A stretch of DNA of 64,000 nucleotides. It comes from Spirochaetaceae bacterium (GTDB lineage: Bacteria; Spirochaetota; Spirochaetia; B11-G9). The position numbers were made by a program, and so were the translations under genes. Shown here piece by piece: positions 35,706 to 46,046 of the stretch (the stretch's first letter is position 1; every line of letters starts with the position of its first letter). The DNA lies in contig WGCU01000026.1 of the NCBI GenBank assembly GCA_015493635.1, positions 7,718 to 71,717 on the forward strand, read 5' to 3'. Under the pieces are notes generated by a model. It was not told the origin of the DNA and ran no database searches. It saw only the letters and a list, made by a program, of their open reading frames with translations.

Positions 35706-36976
35706 TGACAACCATCCTTCTTATATTTCTTGTCGTCTTGTTCTTGATAAATATTCCCCTCTCGGTAGCAATTGCGGGCTCTTCTATTGTTGCAATAGTA
35801 ATTTCTGGTAAATTTCCCCTTCTCATGGTTGTTCAAAGAATGGTGAATGCAGTTGATTCTTTTCCTCTCATGGCGGTTCCTCTCTTTATGCTTGCCGGTG
35901 CGCTGATGGATTCCGGAGGTATATCAAGAAGGATCGTTAATTTTGCGGATTCTCTTGTCGGATGGCTTTCAGGAGGTCTTGCTGCCGTTTCTGTTGTCGC
36001 AAGTATGTTTTTTGCCGGTATATCCGGATCAGCTGCTGCCGATACAGCTGCCGTTGGATCACTGCTTATTCCTTCCATGAAAGAAAAGGGCTATAAAAGT
36101 GAGTTTGCAGCTGCCGTCCAGGCAGCAGGTGGATCCATAGGAGTCATCATACCCCCCAGCATACCAATGATCATTTATGGATTTATAACAGGGACATCAA
36201 TCGTAAAATTGTTTGCCGGCGGAATTCTGGCTGGAGTTCTTATTGGAACATCCCTTATTATAGTTTCTGTAAGCATATCGAAAAAAAATAATTATGGCAG
36301 GGAAGTACAGTTTAGTTTGAGGAATGTCTGGAAAAGTTTTAAAGAAGCTTTCTGGGCGTTGGGAGCTACGGTTATTATTCTCGGCGGTATTCTCGGCGGT
36401 ATCTTTACGGCAACTGAAGCGGCAGCCGTTGCTGTTGTATACGGATTTATTGTTGGAAAATTCGTCTATAAGGAGCTGAAACTAAAAAAAATCCCGAAAC
36501 TCATGATGGAATCTGCCGTTCTTGCTTCCATAATTCTTTTTATCATTTCTTCAGCATCAATTTTTGGCTGGATTCTTACTATGGAGAATATTCCGCATCT
36601 TGTTGGCACCTATATTGTTAACGTCACAAATAACAGGATTCTGCTTCTTCTTCTAATAAATTTGATGCTTCTTGTAGCTGGTACCTTTTTGGAAACGACT
36701 GTTTCTCTCATCCTGCTTGTTCCTATTATTGTTCCTATTTTACCCCTTATCGGAATGGACCCGGTACAGATGGGAGTTGTTGTTGTAACAAATTTGGCAA
36801 TTGGAATGCTGACCCCTCCCCTTGGAATATGCCTTATTGTTTCCGCGGGAATTTCCAGGAACTCTATTGCAGAAGTAAGTAGAGCTGTGCTGCCATTTTT
36901 ATTAATGACTATCGTTGATTTACTTATTTTAACATTCTGGCCTCCCGTAACAACATTTCTTCCGGGATTATTGTAG
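35705..36976 (+). CDS. dctM: TRAP transporter large permease, DctM family
   Basis: 423 aa, ~12 TM helices, typical DctM N-terminus (MTTILLIFLVVLFLINIPLSVAIAG). Its start overlaps the dctQ stop. Confidence 0.85.
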   Translation: MTTILLIFLVVLFLINIPLSVAIAGSSIVAIVISGKFPLLMVVQRMVNAVDSFPLMAVPLFMLAGALMDSGGISRRIVNFADSLVGWLSGGLAAVSVVASMFFAGISGSAAADTAAVGSLLIPSMKEKGYKSEFAAAVQAAGGSIGVIIPPSIPMIIYGFITGTSIVKLFAGGILAGVLIGTSLIIVSVSISKKNNYGREVQFSLRNVWKSFKEAFWALGATVIILGGILGGIFTATEAAAVAVVYGFIVGKFVYKELKLKKIPKLMMESAVLASIILFIISSASIFGWILTMENIPHLVGTYIVNVTNNRILLLLLINLMLLVAGTFLETTVSLILLVPIIVPILPLIGMDPVQMGVVVVTNLAIGMLTPPLGICLIVSAGISRNSIAEVSRAVLPFLLMTIVDLLILTFWPPVTTFLPGLL

Positions 36977-36992
36977 AAAAGTATTACCGTTA

Positions 36993-37565
36993 TTACGTAA
37001 CGGCTTTCCTGTAATCTTCTTTCGTATCAATATCTTCAAACGTTTCGGGAAGGTTCAGGGGAATGTCAAGAACCCTGTGGCGGGTAAACACATTCTTCAT
37101 TTCGGAATCCGCCGGTTCTGAGCGGATAGTGGGGATAACAGATTTGTTAAGGAGAACAGGATGTCCTCTTTTGTTATTGTAGAGGGGGCGTACTATTTCT
37201 ATTCCGGGGTTATCTTTCATGGTATTGAGAAGTAAATTGTACAGATCCGTATCAATCTCAGGCATGTCCCCCATGGTTATAAAGAAGTATTCGGTTTTTA
37301 TAAGGGTGACTCCCGTCTGAATGGAAGAGAACATCCCACGGTTGTATTCTGTGTTTCTGATGGGTATAATTTTTTTATTGTTTTTAAACATCCTCTCAAG
37401 CTCGGTCCCTCTGTAACCGGTGACAAGGATGATACGTGAACAGCAGCAAAGAGCATTTGTTACGGTTTCTTCCACTATAGTACCCGTTTTATACGGAAGA
37501 ACCAGTTTCCAGGTTCCCATGCGGGAAGATAATCCTGCCGCGGGAATCAAACAGTCAATATCCAT
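36993..37565 (-). CDS. MobA/MocA-like nucleotidyltransferase (NTP_transf_3 family)
   Basis: MDIDCLIPAAGLSSRMGTWKLVLPY is the MobA-like GxxRMG N-terminal nucleotide-binding motif. Start set at the internal ATG. Confidence 0.65.
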   Translation of the reverse strand: MDIDCLIPAAGLSSRMGTWKLVLPYKTGTIVEETVTNALCCCSRIILVTGYRGTELERMFKNNKKIIPIRNTEYNRGMFSSIQTGVTLIKTEYFFITMGDMPEIDTDLYNLLLNTMKDNPGIEIVRPLYNNKRGHPVLLNKSVIPTIRSEPADSEMKNVFTRHRVLDIPLNLPETFEDIDTKEDYRKAVT

Positions 37566-37645
37566 GAATAAATAGTAGTAAAAAGAAAAGAAATGAGCAA
37601 GATACCAGGCGTAATAAAATTTTTCATCCTGTCGATACTTAAAAT

Positions 37646-38758
37646 ATGAAATTCCTGATAATGATTTTTTATGGTATTTCGCTGCTCGCAGCATCTCTTG
37701 CTGCAGATTCTCTTGTTTTAAACCCTGAAAATCTCAAGATTGAACAGAATATAAAAGGCGGGTACGATCTTTGGATACAAGCACTTCCCGGTATCGGTTC
37801 TGTGTTGATAACAGAATCTACAGCAGATCCTGCCAAGAAAACGCCTGCTTTTGCTTTGCGCAGTCCGGTATGGGATCCCGTCAATGGTGATGAGAAACGT
37901 TTTCTGAATGGTAAACTTCTGGAGTCCCAGGGGAAAACCCAGTTTGCATTGATAGATTCAACACCGGAAAAGTTCACTGCTCTGGGAAAGGCTTTTCATA
38001 TATTTATACCCTATGTGGTTGTTTTCGGGTATCCCTGGAGCCGGTCCGGGGAACTTCAGATTCTTGACGGCTCCTGGATAAATATACGTACGTTTCACAA
38101 ACCCTATGCTGATTACTCCGGCGGCTTCCATGATAATCCGTATATCATAAAAGTAATCCAGAAGCCGCTGCCGGGGCCTCCTTCCGGGAATTACATGAAG
38201 GATACGGTTAAGGCGTTTAAAGAAATAGCAAAAGAGGGCAATGGTAAAACGGTTTTCGGTGCGGGTAACGATGATATCATCAACAACATCCGCAGCATTA
38301 TCCGTACGTCGAAAGGAGACTCTCTGGATCTTGTTCTCTGTCTTGATACAACAAAAAGTATGGAGGATGACATCCCCTTTCTCAAAAAATCACTTGTTCC
38401 CATGCTGAAGGAGGAAACGAAAGGTTTTACAAAATTACGGTTTGGTATGGTGCTTTACAAGGATTATTTTGAAACATACCTGACAAAGGTAATACCATTT
38501 CAGCCTTCCCTTAATTCAGCCCAGCATTATCTTGATACAATACGGGTTTCAGGCGGCAGAGATATTCCCGAGGCTGTAAATGAAGCGCTCTATGCTGCGA
38601 TACATTCCTTTGAATGGGAAGCGGAGAACAGAAAAATTATTCTTATTGGTGATGCTCCTCCCCATCCCCGCCCCCGGGGTAAAATTACAAAAGAGATGGT
38701 GTACAACGATGCGCGGGCAGAGGATATAAGGATAAATGCCATTATACTGCCGCAGTAA
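37646..38758 (+). CDS. secreted von Willebrand factor A (vWA) domain protein
   Basis: Signal peptide. The C-terminal vWA carries the MIDAS motif DTTKSM and ...ILIGDAPPH. Confidence 0.7.
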   Translation: MKFLIMIFYGISLLAASLAADSLVLNPENLKIEQNIKGGYDLWIQALPGIGSVLITESTADPAKKTPAFALRSPVWDPVNGDEKRFLNGKLLESQGKTQFALIDSTPEKFTALGKAFHIFIPYVVVFGYPWSRSGELQILDGSWINIRTFHKPYADYSGGFHDNPYIIKVIQKPLPGPPSGNYMKDTVKAFKEIAKEGNGKTVFGAGNDDIINNIRSIIRTSKGDSLDLVLCLDTTKSMEDDIPFLKKSLVPMLKEETKGFTKLRFGMVLYKDYFETYLTKVIPFQPSLNSAQHYLDTIRVSGGRDIPEAVNEALYAAIHSFEWEAENRKIILIGDAPPHPRPRGKITKEMVYNDARAEDIRINAIILPQ

Positions 38759-38766
38759 TTGATGTT

Positions 38767-39162
38767 TTAATGCTTTTCTTTCATTTCTTTCATTTCTTTC
38801 AATATTTTTTGAGAGAGTACTTTCGGCCAGGCAGGAAGCACCTGAGAAGCGTCGGTTGAATATTTATCAAGAATATCTGTAAAAAGGCGGTTCGCTTTTT
38901 TGTAATCATGCTGTTTGTATGCTATAAATGCTATTTCGTAATCAGCTTCAATTCCCTTCTGGATATCATCAGGATACTTTGCAAGAAAGTGGTTATAGTA
39001 GCCAAGCGCGATTTCATAATCGCCCTTGTTTGATGCTTCCTGTGCTTTTTGGAAAAATTCAGCCTTGTTGAGACTGTCATAATTAATTGGTGGTGCACTT
39101 TTACATGCTGATGCAAACAGAATTATCATAATAACTGGTACAAATTTTGTAAAAATTTTCAT
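38767..39162 (-). CDS. TPR-repeat lipoprotein
   Basis: Lipobox ILFASAC. TPR-like helical repeats (GDYEIALGYYNHFLAKYPDD..., EADYEIAFIAYKQHDYKKANRLF). Confidence 0.65.
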   Translation of the reverse strand: MKIFTKFVPVIMIILFASACKSAPPINYDSLNKAEFFQKAQEASNKGDYEIALGYYNHFLAKYPDDIQKGIEADYEIAFIAYKQHDYKKANRLFTDILDKYSTDASQVLPAWPKVLSQKILKEMKEMKEKH

Positions 39163-39181
39163 AGTGCTCCACTCTTGTTCG

Positions 39182-39499
39182 TTAGTTTATTTCCGGATAC
39201 ACTTCATCCCGGACAGGGAGAGATTTTTTTAACTCTTTCATGAATTCCTGAGGATCACCCATAGGCTCATAAGCATCGCAGGAAGAGAGACTCCGCCGCG
39301 CAACAGTAAAGTATTTATAAATCTTTTCTTTCCCCAATTTCTTTTTCCACTTCCCGGCAGTACAACGTACTCTGAGATAATACTGGTTTCCGCCATCCTT
39401 TTTGCTCTTGACGAGTTTACAGTGCTTGCAGTTTGCACAGTAGATTTTTGTTGTGTTGTATTTCCCCTCCACGGCTACATTGGATTCGGCATCAGCCAT
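39182..39499 (-). CDS. hypothetical small basic protein with CxxC...C zinc-ribbon-like motif
   Basis: 105 aa, IYCANCKHCKLV...RVRCTAGKW, Lys-rich. No family recognised. Confidence 0.4.
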   Translation of the reverse strand: MADAESNVAVEGKYNTTKIYCANCKHCKLVKSKKDGGNQYYLRVRCTAGKWKKKLGKEKIYKYFTVARRSLSSCDAYEPMGDPQEFMKELKKSLPVRDEVYPEIN

Positions 39500-39604
39500 A
39501 AAATCCCCCTTTATTAACTAAAGTTATAATACCATGATCGACTTTTTGCCGTCAAGTATTAAGGGTTCTTCACTAATATCCTGATTCCTGATAGGTTAGG
39601 CCCT

Positions 39605-40324
39605 ATGATAGCTGTACTTGTCAATGGTTTTACGGTAATTGCGGGGTCTCTTATAGGGCTTCTTCTCTATAAAAAGATACGCGATGATATTAAAAGAGTT
39701 GTTTATATCTCATCGGGAATGGTCTCGGTCGTTATCGGTATGCAGATGGCGTTTGAGACAAAAAGGATATTGTACGTTGTTATTTCCCTCTTTCTCGGCG
39801 GGGTTGTGGGAACATTGCTTGATATTGAAGGATGGATTCTCTCTTTCGGGCATTTTCTTGAGAAACATTTCTCTAAAAAATCTTCTGATATAGAGGAGGA
39901 GAAAACCTTTGCAAAGGGGTTTTTAAACGCATCGGTACTCTTCTGTGTCGGGGCAATGACTATCCTCGGGGCATTTAAAGCAGGTGCTGAACATAACTAC
40001 GATCTTCTCCTTATGAAATCAGTCATGGACGGCTTTATGGCTATCATGTTTTCTGCGGCAATGGGTATCGGTGTTATGTTTTCAGTTATCACTATCCTCG
40101 TGTATGAGGGAGGACTGACGCTTGCAGCAGCATGGATTGGTCCGGCAATTGGTACAGCCGGACTTGCGGAGATATCGGGTCTTGGAGGAATCCTTGTTAT
40201 CATGATAGGGCTCAATTTGCTCAAGCTGAAAGACATTAAAACGGCAAACTTCCTGCCGGGTCTGATATTTGTTGTGCTTTTTACCCTGGCTGAACCATTG
40301 TTCAGGGGATATCTGCCTCTGTAG
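39605..40324 (+). CDS. DUF554 family membrane protein
   Basis: MIAVLVNGFTVIAGSLIGLLLYKKI... and overall 6-7 TM topology match the DUF554 pattern. Confidence 0.65.
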   Translation: MIAVLVNGFTVIAGSLIGLLLYKKIRDDIKRVVYISSGMVSVVIGMQMAFETKRILYVVISLFLGGVVGTLLDIEGWILSFGHFLEKHFSKKSSDIEEEKTFAKGFLNASVLFCVGAMTILGAFKAGAEHNYDLLLMKSVMDGFMAIMFSAAMGIGVMFSVITILVYEGGLTLAAAWIGPAIGTAGLAEISGLGGILVIMIGLNLLKLKDIKTANFLPGLIFVVLFTLAEPLFRGYLPL

Positions 40325-42785
40325 CATGGGCTATTTTGCATGGCTTGAGATCCCAGATTTCGGCGGCATATTCTTTGATAGTCCTGTCAGATGAGAACTT
40401 GCCTGCGGAAGCAATGTTCAGAATAGCTTTTTTGTTCCATTCCGCTGTATCCGTATATAATTCCCGGGCTTTCCGGTGGGCATCACTGTACGAACGCAGA
40501 TCAGCCAGCAGCATGTAGGTATCTCCTTCATCAAAAAGCATTTTTTTCAGGTCATCAAAAATCCCCGGTTCAGAAAAATTGAAGTAACCTGAAAAGATGA
40601 GATCAAGAGCTGTGTGTATTTCTGAATCTGTACGGTAATATTCTTCGGGGTGATAAACCGGTTTCATTGCCTGTACTTCCTCAGCAGTAAGACCGAAGAT
40701 TATTTCATTCTCTTCACCTGCTTCTTCTATAATCTCAATGGTGGCTCCATCCATTGTACCAAGTGTTAATGCTCCATTGCACATGAATTTCATGTTTCCT
40801 GTACCGGATGCCTCTGTTCCTGCAGTGGATATCTGTTCGGAAATATCCGCTGCGGGAATAATTTTTTCCGCCAGGGAAACCCGGTAATTCGGAATAAAGA
40901 ATACCTTTATTTTATCTTTTACCGTTTTGTCGTTATTAATAATATCAGAAAGATTATTGATAAATTTTATAATAAGTTTTGCCCGTTCGTATCCCGGTGC
41001 CGCTTTCCCGCCAAAGAGAAAGGTAACCGGTGTAAAGGTATCAGGATTGCCGTTTTTTATTCTTGTGTACAGCATGACGATATGGAGCGCATTGAGAAGC
41101 TGCCTTTTGTATTCATGAATCCGTTTTATCTGGACATCAATAAGAGATTCTGTATTCAGTTGAATGCCGTATTCACGTAAAAGTGCGTCTGCGAGACGTT
41201 TTTTCGCTTTTTTCTTGACTTCCGCAAATTTATTTTGAAAATCGGAGTTCTCTGCAAAGGGTTTTAATTTTGTAAGGTCATAGAAATTGGTAATCCACCT
41301 ATCACCAATTGTATCAGAGATGAGTGCTGCCAGGGGCGGATTTGCATGAAGGAGCCATCTTCTCTGGGTTATCCCGTTTGTTTTACTGTTGAAGCGTTCC
41401 GGGAAAAGTTCGGCGAATTCAGGTACAAGCTTTGTTTTTAAAAGTTCTGTATGGAGGGCGGCAACACCGTTGGTTGAGTGTGATCCCGTTATGGCGAGGT
41501 TTGCCATACGTATCTGCTTTGGGCTGCTTTCTTCTATGATACTTGCCTTTTGAATCTTGGAAATATTACCGGAGAAGAGTGTTAATGCCTGTTTGATAAA
41601 ACGGCTGTTTATTTCAAAGATAATCTGCAGATGCCGGGGAAGGAGTTTCTCCATCATGGGAACCGGCCATTTTTCCAGGGCTTCAGGCATAAGGGTGTGG
41701 TTGGTGTAGCCCATTACCTTTACGGTGATATCCCACGCATCATCCCAGGTGAGGCCTTCGGTATCAATTAAAAGTCTCATGAGCTCAGGGATTGCTATTG
41801 AAGGATGGGTATCGTTCAGCTGAATTGCTGCGTAATCGGGTAGTGATACCCAAGGTTTACCAAGTTTTTTGAATTTACGCAGGATGTCATGAAGAGAACA
41901 GGCGACAAAGAAATACTGCTGCTTTAAGCGGAGCTCTTTTCCAAGGTAAAGTTTATCATTGGGATAGAGTACTTTTGTTATATTCTCCGCCTGAACCTTG
42001 TCTTTTACCGCATCAACATAGTCTCCGCGGTTGAAATCGCTGAAATCAAACTCTTCATGGGCTTTGGCGCTCCATAGACGGAGGGTGTTTATGGTACTGC
42101 CGCCGTAGCCGACGATGGGCGTATCATAGGCAAGGCCGATGACCTGTTCGGTGTTAATCCATCGGTACTTTATTTTACCCCCTTCCCGGAAACTTTCAAC
42201 TCTCCCTCCGAATGAGACAGGAACCTTGACATCTGGCCGCTCAATTTCCCAGGGGTTCCCGTTCCGTAACCAGTCATCTGGCTGCTCCATCTGATACCCG
42301 TTTTCTATTTTCTGCTTGAATATTCCGTAGTCATAGCGTATTCCGTATCCGTAAGCCGGATAATCAAGAGTTGCCAGAGAGTCAAGAAAACAGGCGGCAA
42401 GTCTTCCCAGTCCGCCGTTACCCAGTCCCGCGTCTGTTTCAAGTTCTTCGAGCTCTTCCAGTGAGTAGCCCATTTCCTCCATGGCTTTCTTTATTTCCCC
42501 TTCAATATTCAGATTAATGGCATTGTTGCCCATGGCTCTTCCCATAAGGAACTCCAGGGAAAGATAATAAACGCGTTTTACCTCTTTGTTGTAATGAGTC
42601 TGGAGGGTTGTCGTCCACCGGTCTATTACCCGGTCACGGATTGTATAGGCCAGGGCCATAAAAAGATCATTCTTTGTTGTTGTATATTCGTCAACGCCGA
42701 GTGTGTACCTCAGATGTTCGTTGAAACCTTGTCCTATTGAAGCAGCATCTCTTCCGCTGCGGCTGTTGTATGTTTCTCCGTTCAA
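40302..42785 (-). CDS. glgP: glycogen/alpha-glucan phosphorylase
   Basis: 827 aa with N-terminal MNGETYNS...LGVDEYTTTKNDLFMALAYTIRDRVIDRW, the pyridoxal-phosphate site region and EYKRQLLNALHIVMLY. Apparent TTG start with RBS AAGGAG. Confidence 0.9.
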   Translation of the reverse strand: MNGETYNSRSGRDAASIGQGFNEHLRYTLGVDEYTTTKNDLFMALAYTIRDRVIDRWTTTLQTHYNKEVKRVYYLSLEFLMGRAMGNNAINLNIEGEIKKAMEEMGYSLEELEELETDAGLGNGGLGRLAACFLDSLATLDYPAYGYGIRYDYGIFKQKIENGYQMEQPDDWLRNGNPWEIERPDVKVPVSFGGRVESFREGGKIKYRWINTEQVIGLAYDTPIVGYGGSTINTLRLWSAKAHEEFDFSDFNRGDYVDAVKDKVQAENITKVLYPNDKLYLGKELRLKQQYFFVACSLHDILRKFKKLGKPWVSLPDYAAIQLNDTHPSIAIPELMRLLIDTEGLTWDDAWDITVKVMGYTNHTLMPEALEKWPVPMMEKLLPRHLQIIFEINSRFIKQALTLFSGNISKIQKASIIEESSPKQIRMANLAITGSHSTNGVAALHTELLKTKLVPEFAELFPERFNSKTNGITQRRWLLHANPPLAALISDTIGDRWITNFYDLTKLKPFAENSDFQNKFAEVKKKAKKRLADALLREYGIQLNTESLIDVQIKRIHEYKRQLLNALHIVMLYTRIKNGNPDTFTPVTFLFGGKAAPGYERAKLIIKFINNLSDIINNDKTVKDKIKVFFIPNYRVSLAEKIIPAADISEQISTAGTEASGTGNMKFMCNGALTLGTMDGATIEIIEEAGEENEIIFGLTAEEVQAMKPVYHPEEYYRTDSEIHTALDLIFSGYFNFSEPGIFDDLKKMLFDEGDTYMLLADLRSYSDAHRKARELYTDTAEWNKKAILNIASAGKFSSDRTIKEYAAEIWDLKPCKIAHATEADIP

Positions 42786-42915
42786 AATATACTCCTTTTC
42801 ATTTTCCTACTATATCTGAAGTTTTTCTTATATGCCATAGAGAACAATGATAATAATGTGGAAGTTCTATTGACAAAAGAGAGTAACTTTGCTATTTTTG
42901 GCAGACTCTGACCAT

Positions 42916-42988
42916 GCCCTTGTAGCTCAGTCGGTAGAGCACCTCCATGGTAAGGAGGGGGTAGTCGGTTCAAATCCGACCGAGGGCT
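42916..42988 (+). tRNA. tRNA-Thr (anticodon GGT)
   Basis: GCCCTTGTAGCTCAGTCGGTAGAGCACCTCCATGGTAAGGAGGGGGTAGTCGGTTCAAATCCGACCGAGGGCT folds into a cloverleaf with a 7-bp acceptor stem. Conserved position upstream of rpmG-secE-nusG. Confidence 0.85.
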
Positions 42989-43107
42989 TTTTGTGATCGA
43001 CTGTTGACATTGTACCCTGCTTTGATTTAGTCTGTAATTCATTTTGGTTATCCGGGAAGAAAGGCAAAAGAGGGTATGCTTCTTATTAATTAAGGGAGTT
43101 TATAGAT

Positions 43108-43284
43108 ATGGCGAGTAAGAAAAAGGGTGCTGTAGAGAAGATAGCACTTAAATGTACGGAATGTAACAGAAGGAATTATACGACTCAAAAGAATAGACGG
43201 AATATGCAGGGGAAACTTGAGCTTATGAAGTATTGTAAATGGGACAAGAAACATACGCTGCACAAAGAAAGTAAGATTAAATAA
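43108..43284 (+). CDS. rpmG: 50S ribosomal protein L33
   Basis: 58 aa [58 protein letters not shown] (below the 60-aa ORF-track cutoff). RBS GGGAG. Confidence 0.85.
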   Translation: MASKKKGAVEKIALKCTECNRRNYTTQKNRRNMQGKLELMKYCKWDKKHTLHKESKIK

Positions 43285-43294
43285 TAAAACACAC

Positions 43295-43368
43295 AGGCCA
43301 GTAGCTCCAACGGCTAGAGCGCCGGTCTCCAAAACCGGATGTTGTAGGTTCGAATCCTACCTGGCCTG
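43295..43368 (+). tRNA. tRNA-Trp (anticodon CCA)
   Basis: AGGCCAGTAGCTCCAACGGCTAGAGCGCCGGTCTCCAAAACCGGATGTTGTAGGTTCGAATCCTACCTGGCCTG. Classical position between rpmG and secE. Confidence 0.85.
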
Positions 43369-43395
43369 TTATTTTATAAAGAGGACTAAAAGAGC

Positions 43396-43575
43396 ATGAA
43401 AAAAATTATGCAGTTCTTCAAAGAGAGTTATGCTGAACTTAAACGTGTTGTCTGGCCGAGTAGGGAGTATGTTGCTTCTTCAACGAAGGTGGTTATCATT
43501 TCTATAGTCCTTTTTGCCGTGGCTCTGGGGTTTGTAGATTTTATTCTTCTGAAAGGGATGGATTTGATATTTTAA
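43396..43575 (+). CDS. secE: preprotein translocase subunit SecE
   Basis: 59 aa MKKIMQFFKESYAELKRVVWPSREYVASSTKVVIISIVLFAVALGFVDFILLKGMDLIF with a single TM helix. Directly upstream of nusG. Confidence 0.85.
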   Translation: MKKIMQFFKESYAELKRVVWPSREYVASSTKVVIISIVLFAVALGFVDFILLKGMDLIF

Positions 43576-43629
43576 GCATCATAGCCTTTAAAAAAAGCTG
43601 CGCTTATAAAGCGGTAATGTGAGGGAAGA

Positions 43630-44184
43630 ATGGCAAAAGGTTGGTATGTTCTCCATACTTACTCTGGTTATGAGAACAAAATAGAAAAGTTTATCAGAAA
43701 ATTGATGGAAGAGTCTCCCTATGCGGAGACTGTTTTTGATGTTAAAGTCCCTGCGGAAGAAGTTGTTGAAATTAGAGACGGGAAACGAAAAGTTATTAAC
43801 CGTAAGTTTCTGCCGGGATATATGCTTCTTGAAATGGATCTTCCTGCTCACGGTTGGAAAGCTGTCTGTGGAGGAATACGGAAAATTCAGGGGGTAACCG
43901 GCTTTGTAGGGAGTTTGGGCGGCGCAAAGCCTAATCCTATTTCAGCTGAAGAAGCCCGGGGAATTCTGCAGAAAACCGGTGAAATAAAAGCAGACAGAGT
44001 AGTGAAGCCGACTCTTGATTTTGATATTGGGGAAACGGTTCGTATCGTGGAAGGTCCTTTTGATACCTTTACCGGTACAATAGAGGATATCAATACTGAA
44101 AAAGGCAAGCTCAGGGTGATGGTCGGTATATTCGGCCGTGCAACACCGGTAGAGGTTGGATTTTTACAGGTTGAAAAGATATAA
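43630..44184 (+). CDS. nusG: transcription termination/antitermination factor NusG
   Basis: WYVLHTYSGYENKI NGN domain and C-terminal KOW (GETVRIVEGPFDTFTGTIEDIN). Confidence 0.95.
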   Translation: MAKGWYVLHTYSGYENKIEKFIRKLMEESPYAETVFDVKVPAEEVVEIRDGKRKVINRKFLPGYMLLEMDLPAHGWKAVCGGIRKIQGVTGFVGSLGGAKPNPISAEEARGILQKTGEIKADRVVKPTLDFDIGETVRIVEGPFDTFTGTIEDINTEKGKLRVMVGIFGRATPVEVGFLQVEKI

Positions 44185-44250
44185 CCCTTCGTTGAAAGGG
44201 TGATGGGAGCCTGTTTTTTTTAAGCAGGCGAATACCACAAGGAGAATTAA

Positions 44251-44682
44251 ATGGCAAAGAAAAAGGTTACTGCAATTATTAAGTTGCAGGTTCCTGCGCA
44301 AAAGGCAACACCGGCTCCTCCGGTAGGACCTGCTCTTGGTCCTCATGGGGTAAGTGCTCCGCAGTTTGTTCAGCAGTTTAATGACCGGACAAAGAATGTC
44401 GAAGCGGGAATGACAGTGCCTGTTGTAATTACTGTGTATGCTGACAGAAGTTTCTCGTTTATAACGAAAACCCCTCCGGCTGCAGTGCTTATTAAAAAGG
44501 CGTGCGGGATTTCAAGCGGATCGGCGGAACCGCATAAAGTTAAGGTGGCTAAAATCGCAAAGAGCAAGCTTAAAGAGATAGCTGAGCTTAAAATGGAAGA
44601 TTTGAATGCAAATGATATTGACGCGGCAATGAAGATTATTGCCGGAACGGCCCGTAGTATGGGCGTTGAAGTGGAGGCTTAA
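44251..44682 (+). CDS. rplK: 50S ribosomal protein L11
   Basis: [24 protein letters not shown]. Confidence 0.95.
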   Translation: MAKKKVTAIIKLQVPAQKATPAPPVGPALGPHGVSAPQFVQQFNDRTKNVEAGMTVPVVITVYADRSFSFITKTPPAAVLIKKACGISSGSAEPHKVKVAKIAKSKLKEIAELKMEDLNANDIDAAMKIIAGTARSMGVEVEA

Positions 44683-44685
44683 GTC

Positions 44686-45375
44686 ATGAAGCATGGTAAA
44701 AAATATCAGGAAGCATTAACAAAATACAATAAGCAGGACATGTTTCCGCTTGTAGATGCCCTTGCAAGGGTAAAAGAGGTAGCATTTGCAAAGTTTGATG
44801 AGACGGTTGAGCTTTCCATTAAATTGAATCTTAAAAAGAGTCAGAGTGTGCGTGATACCGTTGTTCTTCCTCATCAGTTCAGCAGTGAAAAGAAGATTCT
44901 TGTTTTCGCTAAGGGAGACAAGGTGCAGGAAGCCAAGGATGCCGGGGCTACGTACGTCGGTGATGTTGATCTTGTTGAAAAAATTAAAGGCGGATGGCTA
45001 GATTTCGATGTTGCTGTTGCTACTCCGGATATGATGAAAGATGTGGGGCGTCTTGGACCTATTCTGGGAAGGAGAGGGCTTATGCCTAATCCTAAGACCC
45101 GTACTGTTACGATGGATATAAAGGGTGCTCTTGCTGAGTTAAAAAAGGGACGGGTTGAATACCGCTCTGATAAAACAGGTGTTGTTCATTTTGCTGTCGG
45201 AAAGGTTTCTATGGATGCAGAAAAAATGGCTGAAAATGCTCAGCTTATATTGTCTGAAGTGGAACGGAAACGGCCGTCTGATGCCAAAGGTGATTTTATT
45301 AAAACTGTTGCACTTTCTTCTACTATGGGGCCTGGTGTAAAAGTTGATATTCGTGAAAAGCTTCAGAGTAAGTAA
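44686..45375 (+). CDS. rplA: 50S ribosomal protein L1
   Basis: Sequence pattern and position. Confidence 0.95.
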   Translation: MKHGKKYQEALTKYNKQDMFPLVDALARVKEVAFAKFDETVELSIKLNLKKSQSVRDTVVLPHQFSSEKKILVFAKGDKVQEAKDAGATYVGDVDLVEKIKGGWLDFDVAVATPDMMKDVGRLGPILGRRGLMPNPKTRTVTMDIKGALAELKKGRVEYRSDKTGVVHFAVGKVSMDAEKMAENAQLILSEVERKRPSDAKGDFIKTVALSSTMGPGVKVDIREKLQSK

Positions 45376-45388
45376 AGGAGAAGGATGA

Positions 45389-45925
45389 ATGTCGGATTAT
45401 CAGGTAAAAATACAGGACCATAAGGTAAAAGCTATCGAGTCAATTAAAGGTGATTTTTCCAATGTGAAGGATTTTATCTTTACAGACTACAGAGGGCTAA
45501 CCGTAGCGCAGATTACTGAACTGAGAAATAATCTCAGAAAGGAAAATGCGATATATAAGGTAATAAAAAACCGTTTTGCAAAAATTGCTCTCAAAGAGCT
45601 TAATCAGCCAGCAGTGGATGAGCATCTTACCGGCCCGACTGCAGTGGCTCTTTCTACGGAAGAAGCAGGTCCGGTGGCAAAGGCACTTGTAGCTTTTGCT
45701 AAAAACGGTGTTTTGAAAATCAAGGGTGGAATTATTGACGGGAATGTGTTCGATGCCGAACAGATGGTTGCCTTTAGTAAACTGCCTACAAAACCAGAGC
45801 TTATTGCGAAACTTATGGGTACGATGAAAGCTCCCGTACAGAATATGGTTTATATTCTGCATGGAGTACCCCAGAAGCTTGTACGTACATTACAGGCTGT
45901 TGCGGATAAAAAAGCCGCTGAATAG
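45389..45925 (+). CDS. rplJ: 50S ribosomal protein L10
   Basis: Position and family pattern. Confidence 0.9.
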   Translation: MSDYQVKIQDHKVKAIESIKGDFSNVKDFIFTDYRGLTVAQITELRNNLRKENAIYKVIKNRFAKIALKELNQPAVDEHLTGPTAVALSTEEAGPVAKALVAFAKNGVLKIKGGIIDGNVFDAEQMVAFSKLPTKPELIAKLMGTMKAPVQNMVYILHGVPQKLVRTLQAVADKKAAE

Positions 45926-46046
45926 TAAAGTAATTTTCCGGTAGGAAAGTTTCGGGCGGTATGTAAGCGCCCTATAAAAATTTAAAGCAGCGTTAGTCTT
46001 CTAAAAGAGGTAGCATGCTATCGCTGTTTACCAAGGAGAAGTTAAT

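Noticed and set aside
42782-43042. 86-aa minus-strand ORF overlapping tRNA-Thr
   Set aside because: It overlaps a perfect cloverleaf tRNA. No RBS. Composition atypical.
45376-45388. Expected long L10 (rplJ) autoregulatory leader
   Set aside because: Only 13 nt separate rplA and rplJ here. No leader structure can be claimed from sequence. An alternative ATG at 45385 is out of frame.
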